In this document: positions 26,901 through 53,956 of the stretch, piece after piece
Position numbering within the stretch: the first letter of the stretch is position 1
Layout of the letters: each line of letters starts with the position of its first letter
Source: Calcarisporiella thermophila CBS 279.70
Taxonomy: Eukaryota > Fungi > Calcarisporiellomycota
Assembly (NCBI RefSeq): GCF_041956535.1
Contig: NW_027192197.1
Coordinates: 445,829-509,828, forward strand
Length of the DNA stretch: 64,000 nucleotides
Reading direction: 5' to 3'
Translations under genes and position numbers: made by a program
Notes under the pieces: generated by a model
Seen by the model: the letters and a program-made list of their open reading frames with translations, nothing else
Databases searched by the model: none
Told to the model about the DNA's origin: nothing

Positions 26901-27745
26901 ATCGACTGCAAACCGAAAGTGTTGACGTAGATCCATACCGGAGTGTAGTTGTTCGTAAGCGATCTGATTCCATAATTCCGAGTGTGCTCCTTTCGCAGGC
27001 TGCATTCTCAACTACCCGTAAGCGCTCTTCCTCGTCTACTCTAGCGTCCACAGAAGCGGCAGGAGGAGAAATATTGGACCTGAAAAGCTTATCTGGAAAA
27101 CCGCCTGTAAATGCCCTTTACCTTGCAGACCTTGCCTTTGGAATCACGCAGGATGAGCTTACTCACAAGCTTGCTCCTGCCTTTACACGAGAAGGTGGCG
27201 TCAAATACAGTATACGATGGGTCGCTGATGATGACGCAGCTATAGTTTTTGATGCATCAACTGTAGGCGGCGTCATGGATGAATTCGAACTTATGGTGTG
27301 GCGGTTGAAGCAGGCAGTTAAAATCCTCTGTATTGAGCAAGCCATTGCGGGACACGTGGAGGCTTGTTGGGTAAATTCCAAATGGGAGGTGGTTTGGCCT
27401 GGTGGAAAAAATCCTTTTCACCGTGCAAAAGAGATGATGAAGCTTGCCGGCTCCTCGGTTATGCCCAAACCTGCTACTACTGTAAATGTTTTTGATGCGC
27501 TGGCAGATGTAGAGGGTGAGGGATGGAACGGATCAGAAGAAAAGAAAGTGGCTACAAATGCTTGGTCTGATGGAGCAGCTAATACACTCGTAAACGTCTC
27601 CGTCTCAGATAGTGGGAGCGACTCGATAATACCTGTAGAAGCAAAAAATGATCAGTATGTTCCCACAGAATTATCTCAGAATAGAGATGATGGTATCAGC
27701 TCAGGAGATATGGTACCGGATGACTGGGAGCAGTTGGAGGAATAA
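23924..27745 (+). CDS. FAP1: NF-X1-type zinc-finger / RING E3 ligase with R3H domain (NFX1/Fap1 family)
   Basis: ECMVC...WSCNTCWAVFHVNCINKWA...WRCPGC, many C-x-H-x-C-x3-CH-x-G-x-C-PPC repeats, and R3H LPPMKGPQRKFIHELCAHY. Confidence 0.92.
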
Positions 27746-28019
27746 TTTTGTTTCCTACTATTGACCCAGGATTTTTGATTTTTCATTGTTTTTTTCATTT
27801 TCTTTTTTTTTTTTTTTCAATCCACAATTCTCTATTGAACTATCTCGAACTTTCAAGGGAAATTTTATTATATATTTTAGTTCTTATGAGGAAACAAGGA
27901 AGAATATGATCTCTCTGAAATCAAATAAAATAATCTTTTGTTAAGTCCATAACATAGATTTAGCCCTCCCAATGAACTAAGAAAAAAAAAAAGGAACGAA
28001 GTATTAGTAAATATCCACT

Positions 28020-28846
28020 TCATTGGATATACTCCACCTTACCTGGCAACTTGTCACCAGAAACAAAAAGTCTTTCTACTCCTGCCTCGTCAATCACGGC
28101 CATTCGGATTACGCCTCCCGAGCTTCCATCTCGTGACATTGCAAGACTCACTGCGTTCTTTACAAACTCTATGCATTCCTCCTTTGTCATTCCATCTCGA
28201 TAGGCTTTATCGCAATAACCGTAAATATATGATGAGCCACTTCCTCCAATAGCAAAAGGTTGCTTGTGGAGGGAGCCTCCTAAAGGAATGGAGTAGACCG
28301 AGCCACCGTGTTTTTTATCCCAGCCAGCAACGATTATTCCGGCCATAAGCATGTCTTTATTTTTATAGCAGAGCTCTTGGAAAAGTGCCGAGGCAGTTTG
28401 AACAGTTGGTGGAGCCCCCTCTTGAACTCTGCAAAAATCAAAGTTAATGCTTTAGAAGGAGGGAAGTATAATAATAGAAGCTGGTGTCGTTAAAACTTAC
28501 GCAAACATTTGTAAGTAATAGTGCACAATATCTGCAATAGCTTGAGTATCAGCTGCTGATCCAGATCGACAGCAATAAATACGATCATGGACGGCTGTAA
28601 GTTTGTCTGTTACGCGATTGGCGATATAAGATCCGGTAGTAGTGCGTGAATCAGCTCCAATAATAACACCGCCATCGAATTGGACAGCCATAATGGTCGT
28701 CTAGACAAAATTGATGTTAATCAAAGAAATCTCGAAAATAATATAGCATTGCAAAAACACGTTTCTGTCGTTCTATTCTAAGGAAAATAAATAAATTCAA
28801 AAATAATTCTTACTCCCAAGTTAACTTCTCCGGGTTTCAAGCTCAT
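28020..28846 (-). CDS. PRE3: 20S proteasome beta1 subunit, 3 exons
   Basis: Propeptide [11 protein letters not shown] then [40 protein letters not shown] and RDGSSGG. Confidence 0.97.
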
Positions 28847-29074
28847 GTTCTGTTTATTAGTAGTGTGGTTACGATACTCGCGCAATGAGAGTGGCAAAAG
28901 GCAAGGTTTTATATATATATAAATTGCGCGTCCTCAAAGCTGACGCATTCTGCTCAAGCCACATAATTTTCTCGAGGATACTGCGGCTTGAGAAAAATTG
29001 AGACGCGAGCGCGAGTTCTCTACTTTGTCGCTAAAGTCATTTGCTTAAAAAAAGTCGACAGTTATTTTACATCC
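28847..29074. promoter_or_regulatory. Compact bidirectional promoter between PRE3 and VMA5
   Basis: 228 bp between divergent ATGs; (TA)n tract at about 28907-28923; PACE-like AGTGGCAAA at 28890; several CGCG motifs. Confidence 0.55.
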
Positions 29075-30756
29075 ATGACTAATTATTGGTTCATCTCGGT
29101 TCCCTCTAATCCTAGTCGTTCTGCCACGTTTCAAAATCTACGTGCGAATTTATCCTCGAGTTCTCAGAACGATTTAGCTGAGATTGCGCAATTTGATATT
29201 CCAGAATTCAAGGTTCATCTCCACCCTTATTCTGTCCGTTTAATTGGTTCTAGTATTAACGGCTCTTTTGCCGGTAGATTGGTACGCTTGACCAGCTAGT
29301 GCTGCTTTCTGATGATCTTGTAAAATACGATTCAACCTTTGAGCAGATTGTCTTAAAGCTGGTGGACATCTTGCGAAATCTGCTGGGAAGTGGCAGGATG
29401 TCGGGGGGAGGAACTTCGCAACAAAATCGGTCGGTAGAAAATTTTTTGTCAGTGAATGAAAGTAAGTATATCCCATGATTGAATAGGATAATATGAGACG
29501 AAAATTCTCTAATTATATCTGTTATAATAATTCAAATGTATGATGCTCAATTTAGAGACTGTCGACCAGTACTTGAAGACATTTCAGTGGAATGCTATGA
29601 AGTACCGTACAGACAAATCGTTATCTGAGATTGTTGAGCTACTGAGTCAGGTTGTATATTCTCTTTGGTAAAGATATAATTAGGATTGTTGATTTAGGTT
29701 CTTTACGGCCTTTAATAGGAAGCTAATTCAATTGATACCCTGATGAAAAATAAGATGAATAACTATAACCAAGTCAGGGGCAACCTTCAAGCTCTACAGC
29801 GGAAAGAGACGTAACCACACTTTGCTATTTTATATCGCTTTTGATGCATTACAGATTGACTTTATTTCACTTGATAGTGGCAATCTCGCTGTAAGGAATC
29901 TGGCGGGCATTGTAAAGAGAGAGCATTTTGTACTTGATTCAGAGTATTTAGTTACACTTTTAGTCGCCGTCCCTAAGTAAGTAAAATGACTCTGGGTATT
30001 TCACTTTCAAACAGTGTATGAGAATTTACGTTTATTTTACCTTTAGGAGCCTTTATAAAGACTGGATGAATAGATACGAAACGATGACCCAAATGGTGGT
30101 ACCTCGCTCCTCGCAGTAAATATACGAAGCTGTAGAAATGAAATTTCTCTTTTGTAGTATATTGAGCTCTGTGCATTCAATAGGAAAATCGCTGAGGATG
30201 AAGAGTATGGGCTCTTTAATGTAACGCTTTTTAGACGTGTAGCGGACGAATTTTCGAATAAATGCCGAGAGCAGAAGTTTGTTGTTCGCGATTTCACATA
30301 TGATGAACAGGCATTGGCTGGCCAGAAAAAGGACCTTGAAGAGGTGGCAGCAAATGAACGCGAGCTCTCGGTGTGTAGATGTTTGCAAATTGATCAAAAT
30401 ACTTTATTTAATTCCACTTTAAATTCTAGGAAAACATTTTGCGACTCGCTCGTACTAACTTCGGCGAGATATTCTCTATTTGGATGCATCTAAAGGCCTT
30501 GCGTATCTTTGTCGAATCGGTGCTGCGCTATGGACTACCTCCAGATTTCTTGTGCGTCGTTCTTAAACCTCGACCCAAATCTGAACGCAAGTTGCGCGAT
30601 AAATTAAATGATCTATACGGGCATCTTGGCGGAGTTCATGGGCAAACAAGCAAGAAGGAAGAGGACGTTGGAGCAGACGAGTTCTCTAGTCTAATAGACA
30701 AAAACTACCATCCATATGTATTCTTCGAGTTGAGCTGGGAGCCGGAGAGACGCTGA
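29075..30756 (+). CDS. VMA5: V-ATPase V1 subunit C, multi-exon
   Basis: [55 protein letters not shown] and [19 protein letters not shown]. Confidence 0.96.
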
Positions 30757-31011
30757 GTGTAATTTTTTGTAGCTCTTTCTCATTCATATCATTATATTTC
30801 TTTGATCGATACATAAATAAAATATTATAAAAATATTTTCCCATCGTTGAAATCTTTACGAGAACATATATTCTTTGTTCAGGCATATTTACAAGGCAAT
30901 AAAGGTAAGAAAGACAAAGAAATATTCGCAAACATAGCACTAACGGTAGAAATAAAAGTAGTTTTCCCGTGTTCTCGTAAAATCAAATTAAGAATTAGCA
31001 TCATGAAATTT

Positions 31012-31504
31012 TTAGCGACCGCCACGTCCCCTCGAGCCTCTTCCCCTTCCCCTCCCTCTTCCTCTTCCCCTGGCTGCTCCATCCGTTTCAGTAGTTGATT
31101 TTTTGCTCTTCTTCACTGAATCATCTACAAGCAACGTGTCGAGAGGCAAGCTATCGGGCAAGATGTAATACCGAATATTGTTTCCACGAATACTAAGTGC
31201 ATCGAGCTGAATGGGTTCTCGGTTTCGCATAGTCATCTTAACAGTTTTAAGATGTGTGTTCATTGCCATGTCGACGCCAGTAACGGTGCCGTGTACAACA
31301 GTACCATTTTTAAGCTCGATGGTCACCGTCTCATTGTTTAATTTCATAAGAAATCTAGGAAGAAATAAGTTATTAGAGTTAATTTATAATAGATCATCTA
31401 CGATTTATTAGATGATTATGTAAATGATGGACGCGATCATCCAAAATTCTCATTTGTTGAAGTGTAGAAAACCACACAGGCAAGACTTACCTTACGAGCT
31501 TCAT
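31012..31504 (-). CDS. SMD1: Spliceosomal Sm protein D1, 2 exons
   Basis: MKLVR|[41 protein letters not shown] and a GR-repeat tail. Confidence 0.97.
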
Positions 31505-31785
31505 GATGCTTTAGAATTTTACAGGATGCAGGACTTTGAGAGATCAGGAGAGATTGCCAGATATATGCCTACGGTACGGATGGATGAAAATGATTTTCGT
31601 AGCGATGGATGCTCGTCAGAACTCAGTTGATTTTCTTTTTCTCTCCCCAAAGAAACTCTTCCCAAGAATCGAGACTAAGCCGTGATGACGTATTCTTTAT
31701 TTCATACTGAACCCGTCTTCGCGTCTTAATTCGCATCATTATTCATCTCTAACATCACGAATAAAAAGAAACTGAAAGCCAACAC

Positions 31786-34700
31786 ATGGCATACCGTCCG
31801 CCAGGCCCTCCGCCATCACAAGGCTTTCCTTCTGCCCAGGCTCCGCATGGTTTTCCGCCAGGGTCTCCTAATTTTGCTCCTCCGCGCCCTCAGGGGACAC
31901 CTCCTCCTGGTCCAGCATCGCAACAATGGCGACCAGGACCTCAAGGAGCTGTACCAGGTGGTCCTCGCCCGCCTATGATGCCTGCACGATCCCCTTCTCC
32001 TCAAGCGCAGTTTCGTCCCGGAATGCCCCCATCTGCTAATGCTGCTCAGTGGCAAATGCCTTCTCGACCAATGCCTCCTCAACAACAAGGCTTCGTCCCT
32101 CGAGCCCAACCAACTCCTCCACCCGGTACGGCTGGATCACAGCAGTTTGTGCGTCCTCCGATGATGCCTGCTACCACGGGCACTCAGCAGCCCGTACGTA
32201 TGCCGCAGCAACAACAGGTTCCGCCATCTGGTTTCCCACCTGCGCAACATCCATCTCCCATCCAAACAGCTTCTTCTCCACCCGCGACGGTACATTCACC
32301 ACCGCTTTCTCCTACTGGAAGTGTTGGTACTCCTCATTCTTCAAGCAGAAGACGCGCTTACCCCGAGCAGATCACAAGTGCTTACAATGGATCTCAAACG
32401 GGGGGTTACACAGGTGGTGGGCAGTTCTTTACTCCGGCGGGAGGAGCCCCCGTTGCCCCAGCACCACCTCCGACCATACCGAGCACAGGAGCTCAACAAC
32501 AAAATCCTATGTACTATGATCCTTCTGCAGCAAATAAGGTCCCAGCATTTGCTGGTGGGATGGCCGCTTATGCATATCAAGGACAGGCAGCGACCCCTGA
32601 CAATGTTGCAAGCCAGTTTCAAGGCATGAATCTTGGCGCACAGATGGTATTTTTCGAGCTTTCACTAGTTATTTAGACAGACGATTTTCATATCTATTTT
32701 CTTTATTGTAGGCGTTACAGCATGTACCACTAATGGGTAACCCTCCGAGCATGAGTGATCTTGAATTGCCTCCTCCGCAAATTAGACTTCCTCCTAATGT
32801 TAGTATATATCTAATATATACTAGCTACTATATCTGAACTTTTCTATTTTTAAATTCTGTAGGCTACTGTTACCCCATCGCCCTATGCTAACCCCGACCC
32901 TGTTTATGCACGATGCACACTGAACGCGTTCCCAGCGACGCAAGCATTACTCAACAAATCAAAACTTCCATTGGGATTAATATTAGCGCCTTACAAAACG
33001 ACCAAGGAGGATGAAGTACAAGTGCCAGTTGTAACTGATACTGTGATTGCACGATGCCGCCGTTGCCGTGCATATATCAATCCATTTGTTACCTTTATTG
33101 AGGGAGGACAGCGATGGAAGTGCAATTTGTGCTATCTTTTAAATGATGGTAACTTTAGATATTCAATTGTATTGTGTTTTCTTGTAATTCATTCGCTTAT
33201 AATTATTCAGTTCCGGCTGCCTTCGACTACGACCATCAGACCCAGCAGCCGGTCGATCGCTGGCAACGTGCAGAACTAAACCATGGAGTGGTTGAGTTTG
33301 TTGCACCCACTGAGTATATGGTGCGCCCTCCTCAGCCCCCCGTGTATATTTTCGTGATTGACGTGTCCTTTAGTGCTATTCAATCTGGTAAAATATTTCC
33401 ACCCAAACTGTTATTCTAGTGGATTAAGGTGCTAAGTTATATTTTACTATCAGGGATGGTGGCAACTGCAGCTCGAGCAATTCTCAATACTCTCGACCGT
33501 ATACCGAATGTAGATAACCGTACAAAGATAGGGTTCATCACAGTGGACAGTTCTTTGCACTTTTTCAACTTAAACGTAAGCAATTCACATATGCATTTCT
33601 ACTTATACTTTACCTTATATTCACCATGTATGTTTTGATAGTCAATCACGGGTGAACCTCAAATGCTTGTAGTTTCTGATCTTGAGGACGTATTCTTACC
33701 TCAACCAAACGACCTCCTTGTCAATCTTACCGAATCACGTGCTGTTGTGGAAAGCTTGTTGGGTCGCCTTGGCGAGATGTTCAAAGACACGCACAATATC
33801 AACAATGCACTCGGCCCCGCAATGCAAGCAGCTTACAAACTCATTGTATGTGTTTTTATTTCTCATTACCACAATTTTTCTATTCAAATTACTAACTTGA
33901 TTGTGTACTTTCCTGTAGTCACCTATTGGAGGCAAAATTATCGTACTACAATCCACATTACCAAATATGGGCGCAGGTGCTCTCAAACCTCGAGAGGACG
34001 TAAAACTCTTGGGAACTCCAAAGGAATCATCCCTATTACAACCAGCATCATCGTTTTACAAATCGTTTGCAATTGACTGTTCGCGATCTCAGGTGTCTGT
34101 TGATATATTTGTTTTGAGCTCGCAGTATTCAGATATTGCAACCCTAGGTAATATCAATTCATCAACCTATTTGTGGCTGATTTACTATTGCTAACTTCAA
34201 TTCAATTGAATTTTCCAGGATGTGCACCTCGATACACTGGTGGTCAACTCTTCTTCTATCCTGCTTTCAACGCCTCGAAGACTGAAGACGCGCTTAAGTT
34301 CACGAACGAGTTTGCAGATAACCTTTCAAGCCATATCGCACTTGAGGCTGTGATGCGTGTTCGTGCTTCACGTGGTGTGCATCTTTCCACATTCCACGGA
34401 AACTTCTTTGTGCGTAGCACAGATCTTATGGCCCTTCCAAATGTTCCTCGTGACCAGTCATATTGCGTAGAGATGCAACTAGAAGAAAATCTCACAGTTA
34501 GCACAATCTATTTCCAGACCGCAGTGCTACATACAACATGCTTTGGAGAACGCCGTATTCGAGTGCTGACCCTAGCACTTCCTGTCACGAGTCAGCTGAC
34601 GGAATTGTATGCATCCGCAGATCAAGTTGCTATCGCAGCGCTTCTCGCTAATAAGGCTGTCGAACGCGCTACAACTTCGAAGTTGGATGATGCACGTGAT

Positions 34701-35508
34701 GCTCTCACGAATAAATGCGTAGATATCCTTGGAAGTTATAAGACTACCATGATGTCAGCGGCATCTGGAGCTGTGCCTCAATTACAAATTACAGATAATT
34801 TGAAACTGCTGCCATTGCTCATATTGGGTCTTCTCAAACATGTTGGATTGCGACAGAGTACCCAAATCCCAAGTGATCTACGGGCACATGCACAGGATTT
34901 GCTAAGGATATTGCCTGCTCAGCTTTTGGCCGACTATTTGCTGCCACGTTTCTATGCAATTCACACTATGCCGCTTCCCAACTCGCCCGAAGACGAGAAA
35001 AATGCTCCTTTGCCGCAACGACTAAATCTGACTGCTGAGAGAATGGAGCGCCATGGGTGCTATCTACTGGAAAATGGGCATCACATATTTTTGTGGGTCG
35101 GGAGGGAAGCTCACCCTCGCCTCTGTGCAGACCTGTTTGAGAGCGGATATGAAGGGATACGTTCTGGAAAGGTTAGAATATTTATATATAATAATTCGTT
35201 ATGATTGCTCTTTTTACTTATAACCATTATTTTTAATTAAATTTAACCAACTGTAGACGACACTTCCCACTCTTGATAACCCTCTATCTCGCGCCGTGCA
35301 TCGTCTTATCGCCGAGGCACGAGGTGAAGGCAAACGCTGGCGTGGTCGCACTTATTATCCGACTGTGTATGTTGTTAAGGAAGACGGTGATGCCGCTCTC
35401 CGTATGTGGTTTTTATCACACTTGATTGAAGATCGTGCGGATTCAATTGCAAGCTACCAACAATGGCTGGGATCTTTACGCGATAAGGTAAACTCTGGAT
35501 CATTCTAG
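31786..35508 (+). CDS. SEC24: COPII coat subunit Sec24, multi-exon
   Basis: Pro-rich N-terminus, zinc finger [12 protein letters not shown]...[42 protein letters not shown] and a gelsolin-like C-terminus. Confidence 0.96.
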
Positions 35509-36078
35509 AGTAGAAAAATGGGTGTAATTTTTTGTTGGATTTCCTTAATCTTGGGAGATATTTCTCTTCTTTATGTGCGGGGACTCATTTTTATCATTAT
35601 TTTATCTTCTATTCAGTACCTTTTTTTTTATTTTATCTAAATTTTTCTGGTAGAGAGAGGAATTCAATAAAGAATATTAATAGTATAAATATTGAAGCTT
35701 TTTGACGCTTTTAAGAAAATTTTAGTTTTTCAATGTGCGTGCTCGGGAGGAGATCTGGTATTTAATAAGGTTTTTCAATCGGCCTGCCTACTCTTTGTCA
35801 ATTCATTTAGAAATGCTGTGATGATACATCCTCTCAATTTAAAATATGAATCATTCATAAAAGTTACTGGTAGTTTTTATCGTTTTAATAGGAGTTCAAT
35901 ATTTTCAATATTTAACACTATTTCTTTGATGGTGTACTCAAAGCGCCATCCTTAGAATTACAGTTTCGGTTAGAGGCTAATTAAGACGGAAAATTGATAA
36001 GCCACAGCAAGCTCAAGTCAATGATCCTCTAACCGAAAAGTGGATAGATAGAAATCAAATGTTTTCAGAGAAGAGAAT

Positions 36079-39000
36079 ATGCCGTATGCTAATCTACTTC
36101 TCTCTGTTCTATTCAATACACGCCCTGCTCGACTCGAGGAATACTTTAATTATCTCACGCAGCAGCCATGTATTTTACTTGCTCCCCGTTGGCCTCCTGT
36201 CGGGTCACAAGAGGATATAAGCATCGTGGTAGATGAGGAATTCATTGGTAATTTATTCGCACTCGTATGCTCTATTGTGAATATAGTTACTCATTTACTT
36301 ATCCATACATATACTCAGCAAGCCATATTATAAAAATGACACGCGTATTTCAACCGAAAAATGCGGCTCCACCCACCCACCGAGAAGAATACACGACACT
36401 TAACAACAAAACCGTTATAATTCGAAGTGGATCTGTACTCACAAATAAAGGATTTCGAAAACCAGTATTATCTCGATTTATTGGAGATGATATTATCTAC
36501 GACAGTGTTCTAGATCAGTCCTTTATAGTATACTATATCGAGAAGCCTTTAACTGGGATAATCGAGGTAAAATGAACAAATTCTTTGTGGCTTTTGTTAA
36601 ATAGTCTTACCAGTGAAATACAGCCTACACGCACTGACAATTTAGAGGAAATCACCAGGTATTCATGATCTATGATCTTATATATATCTATTTTAATATT
36701 TAACTGTTTAATAGTTTTCGTCGCATATTGGATATGTATCCTGAAATCTCGCAGGAGGTCTCCTTCAAATTAGAGCAAATGATCATGGCATTTAATGATA
36801 GCAGTATCATGCTCGATGATGTTCGGAAGATTCGAGAGCAGATGAAGAGCTTGTTAAAAGCATCATATCACGTAAGCGTTTACTTCTCATTTTATCATTC
36901 AAAATTAGTTAAGGACCGTTACATATAGATCCTCGACGAAATCGATAAAACATTGCTAACCAGTATGCTGGAAGAGTGCTTCCTTTCCGTGGATGCGTTT
37001 TACCAACTTTTTGAAAAGTGAGTATCATTTTATAAATTTATTTGGCCCAAATTAATCCTTCTCTTTTGTTTTTTATATAAAATTCTTCTTTTAGTTTCAT
37101 AATGGAGCAAACATATGATATTGTATTTTTTAAAATCGCTCATCTTTGGCGACCACATGATGCCAAGCTCTCTGAAATGATTCAGCAGATGCAAGCCCTA
37201 GATATTTCTCAAGTTGGTATGCCTGCCGCTTCGGGTCATTCTAAGCGTCTCTTAGCAGCAGTGGATGAACTACATAAACTTGGTGCAATTCGTCAGCCAA
37301 TGGAGAAACTTGACTGTATCATGCGTACAATAAAAGCCCTGACTAACGGAGAAATTTTATCAGATTCGATTAGTGAAAAGAGTCAGAGTAAGCCTGTTAT
37401 CATATTGTCCTGAATGTTTGTACTTATTAATTTTATGTATAATTCCTGCTAGTTGGCTCTGATAAGAGCATATTATTAAGTGGTGACTCCCTAGTTCCGC
37501 TCCTACTATTAACAGTTATTCGCAGTGGTGTAACAAATCTTTTAGCCAACGTTGACTACATTAAAAATTTTATTTTCGAGCAAGATGTTACTAGTTCGCT
37601 ATATGGGTATTCAATCAGCACCCTAGAGGGAGTGGTTTCATATATTCAAGAAAACCATGAATGGCTAGCTGCGTTATCACGACAAAATGAGCTCTGCTGG
37701 GAAGCAATTCGAAAGGGGAATATTGCTGAGATTAAACCTTTCTGTCAACCCACTGTGTTATCGCAATCCGAAATGGCTCATGCGTTTAATTATCTTAATT
37801 TTGAAGGCCGTCGAGGTTCTGAAGAAAGATTTGACCCGCTTTTACCTGCGTTTTCTGTAAATATGACACCTACTCACGCCGGAATGCAGCTTCCACCGGT
37901 TATATATACTCGTGATCATATGGGAAACAATGCACTTCTGATGGCGGTGCAACACGGGCACATTGAGCTTGCACACTACTTAATTAATGAAATGAATTTT
38001 TCACCGAAAACTACAAATTATAAAAATCGCACGCCGTTAATAATCGCCGTATCTCTAAATCAACTTGATTTAGTAGAAATGCTCCTTAAAGGCGCAGATT
38101 CAGATTACTTGAACATGCCTGATGCGAGTGGAGATACTGCACTGTCATATTGCGTTCGTGCGAATGCATCGTTGGAAGTTGCTAAAAGGTTACTCGAGGC
38201 GGGTGCAGATCAAACATTGCGTAACAATACCTTAGGATATACTGCCTTGATGCTTGCAGCTAAACAGAAACGTGATGAACTGTTTATATCTCTATTGGAA
38301 AGAGCCCCTCTAATAGCCCTGAACCAACAGGATAACGAAGGGCGCACCTTATTGCATGTCATTCAAAACACAAATCTACTGCAGAAATTGGTTTTGCGTG
38401 GAGCAGATGTGAACCTTCGCGACCTTGAAGGAAAAACACCACTTTTATCATGGGTCAGTGCTGGTAACTTTGAAGTGGTGCAGTTTTTCCTTAATGAAGA
38501 CCAGGTGGATAAGGAAGCATGCGATTATCAGAGCCAAACAGCATTGCACTTGGCATGTACTAATAGTTATACTACACTTGTCAAACTATTACTCGAGCAT
38601 CTTCCAAGTCGTCTCTTGCATTTACGAACAATCCATGGGCTGAATCCCTTCCATATGGCATGTCAGGTTGGATCGCTTGAGATCGTGAATATTCTCTTGG
38701 AACATGGAGCATCGCCAACAGATCCCACATGGGACGAGGGGCTTTTACCATCAGAATTGACAGACAACGTAGAAATAAGAACGCTCGTGGACAATTTTTC
38801 GCTCTTCGCGAGAGAGCAACTGCACGTGCCTGCCAACAGAATATGTGCCGTGGTGCGAGCAGAGGTTGATAGGACAAATCCTCTGACAATTCAATATATA
38901 ATCAAGAGCGGAATTGTAAGTTTATTGATTTTATTTGTTGATGTTGTCACGCATGTACTCATACAATGTGATTAAAATAGCCTGGTGATCTTACTTCGGT

Positions 39001-40325
39001 GACAACTATTCCGCGGACTCTTGAAAATTTTCGCTTCTTGCGACAGCAGATTTTGTATGAACGACCGGAAGCCTGTATCCCTACTCTTGATAATATGCTA
39101 GAGCCTTGGCAATTATCCGCGCGACCCTCGAGGTCAATATTGCATGCCAATGTGCGACGTCTGGACAAATTTCTTAATTACCTATTGGAGCATCCACAGC
39201 TTATGGACCATGAGTTAGTATGGGAATTCATACTGGTGGGAGACTTGCAGGTAATTTGAATCAAAGTTAATAGAAATCTTTTCTCTCTACTCAACGTTTT
39301 ATTGACGAATAGAGTGAAATGATAATACAACGTTCAAGAAATAAGCTGGATGCCTTGTTAGACGATGTATTTGATAATTATTCGCCCGAGATTGAACAAG
39401 TAGAGAATGAAGAGCGCTATTTTGAACATGTTAATCAAACAGTATGTGCATATATTTGTTTACTTTTTTACTGTTACTTATTCTTTCAACTTTAGGTATT
39501 GCTTTTGAAAGACGCAGTGAAGAAAGCGAGAAACAGCTGCTGGAAAATGGAACGATGCTCTAGCGGTAATTTTCACAATACGTTGGTTCTATTATGAGAA
39601 ATGTTTGATATTTTTTTTGCATTTAGAGAGGTCTGCTCATTTAACTGTTTTAGCACGAGCCCTGGACAAACAGTCCATGTTTGAATTCCCAGCTAAAAAG
39701 AACTATACCTCTACACTTAAACGGATGGCTCTTGCGCTGAAGAAACGGGTATATATACATGCTTTATTGTACTTGTACTTGTAATAACAAATATGTTCTG
39801 ACGCAACGACTAGCCTGAAGAGAGCATTGAAATGCTGAAAAATGAACTAGATGATTTTATGCGAATATTGGATGGTAGCTCTGTAAGTGCATATAGCTAT
39901 ATGTCTGTTTCTGCGCATTTATCTGAAATTGGATACAGGTTGCTCTTCGAGTTCCTCGGGATCTCTTATCAGAGTACATCGAAGCACAACGGGAAATGGA
40001 ACGCCACAAAGCACAAGTACGTCGCAGAGAATTTTGGTTTGGACGAAACCCACTCGCTGCAAATACTACTTGGGCACGTGGGAAAGTTGGCGAGGCAGAA
40101 CAGCAAGTGTATGAGGATGAGGTACGCATTACCCATAAGGCTCAGGTAATTAATTACAGGCGTCAAACACTGGCGGACGAGTTGGCACACTTGCAAGGAC
40201 ATCATGAGAAAACGCTTATGGGAGCAATTGATTTTTATGCAAGAAAACAATTGAAGCTTGAAAAAGAAATACTTAAAGTGATGGAAAATATATGGTCAGA
40301 TTTGAATGGATCCTCAGGAGGATAA
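36079..40325 (+). CDS. VRL1: VPS9-domain Rab GEF with ankyrin repeats, PX domain and BAR-like helices (Vrl1-like)
   Basis: EEFIASHI and TLNNKTVII N-terminal motifs; VPS9 region PMEKLDCI...SGDSLVPLLL...YGYSISTLEG; many ankyrin repeats (GDTALS, GYTALM, GKTPLL); PX region RTLENFRFLRQQI...LDKFLNYLLEHP...LVWEF; helical C-terminus. Confidence 0.85.
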
Positions 40326-40711
40326 ATAGAGTAGATAATAGCGAATAGCAGCCATAAATAATATACCCCTTTAATTTTCTGAAATTCTTTTGCATTATTT
40401 GTCGATATCAAGTGATATTCCAGCTTTATTGTTAATATCTTTTCATTAATTTTCCTCCTTGCTCGCACCTCCTTTAGACTTCATGCCATCTTGATATTTT
40501 TAATAATTGTTTTACAATTGTATAGCGATCGAACATTCTAATTCTTACTTGGCCTTTAATAACTTGTCATTTTTGCCACAGTGGCGCAGCAGGGTTATTA
40601 TATTCTTTCGACACCCTCCCGAACAATTGCTTGACATATTCATTTATGCAAGAAATGTTTGGCATCCAATTAAACCTTTAAGATATAGTACTTAATCGAT
40701 TCGTATGTGAG

Positions 40712-53597
<12,886 letters not shown>

Positions 53598-53956
53598 CCG
53601 AGCTTAGGTTGGCATGAATTTGTGTACAGCTCTTTTTTTGTTTGGTGAGACACCCCTACTTGAACGAAATATAAAATGACTTTATAATTATATGCTTTGG
53701 ATATGCAAATTTATCTTACTGAAAAAAGAAAGAAAATAGAGCCCATACATGGAATTCCATTACAAAGGAAATTAAAAGAAAACTGCTGAGAAATTTGTAT
53801 AAAATATTTAACGGAATACATAGAACACTAAAAAGGGCACTAGTAAATCCCTTCTTTCTAGCAATGGCTTGGTGTAAGTAAATAAAGGGTTCATATAGCA
53901 ACAAGGAGAGAGAGAATATGGCAAGGAAATATATCAGCATATATAAATTAAAGGAG

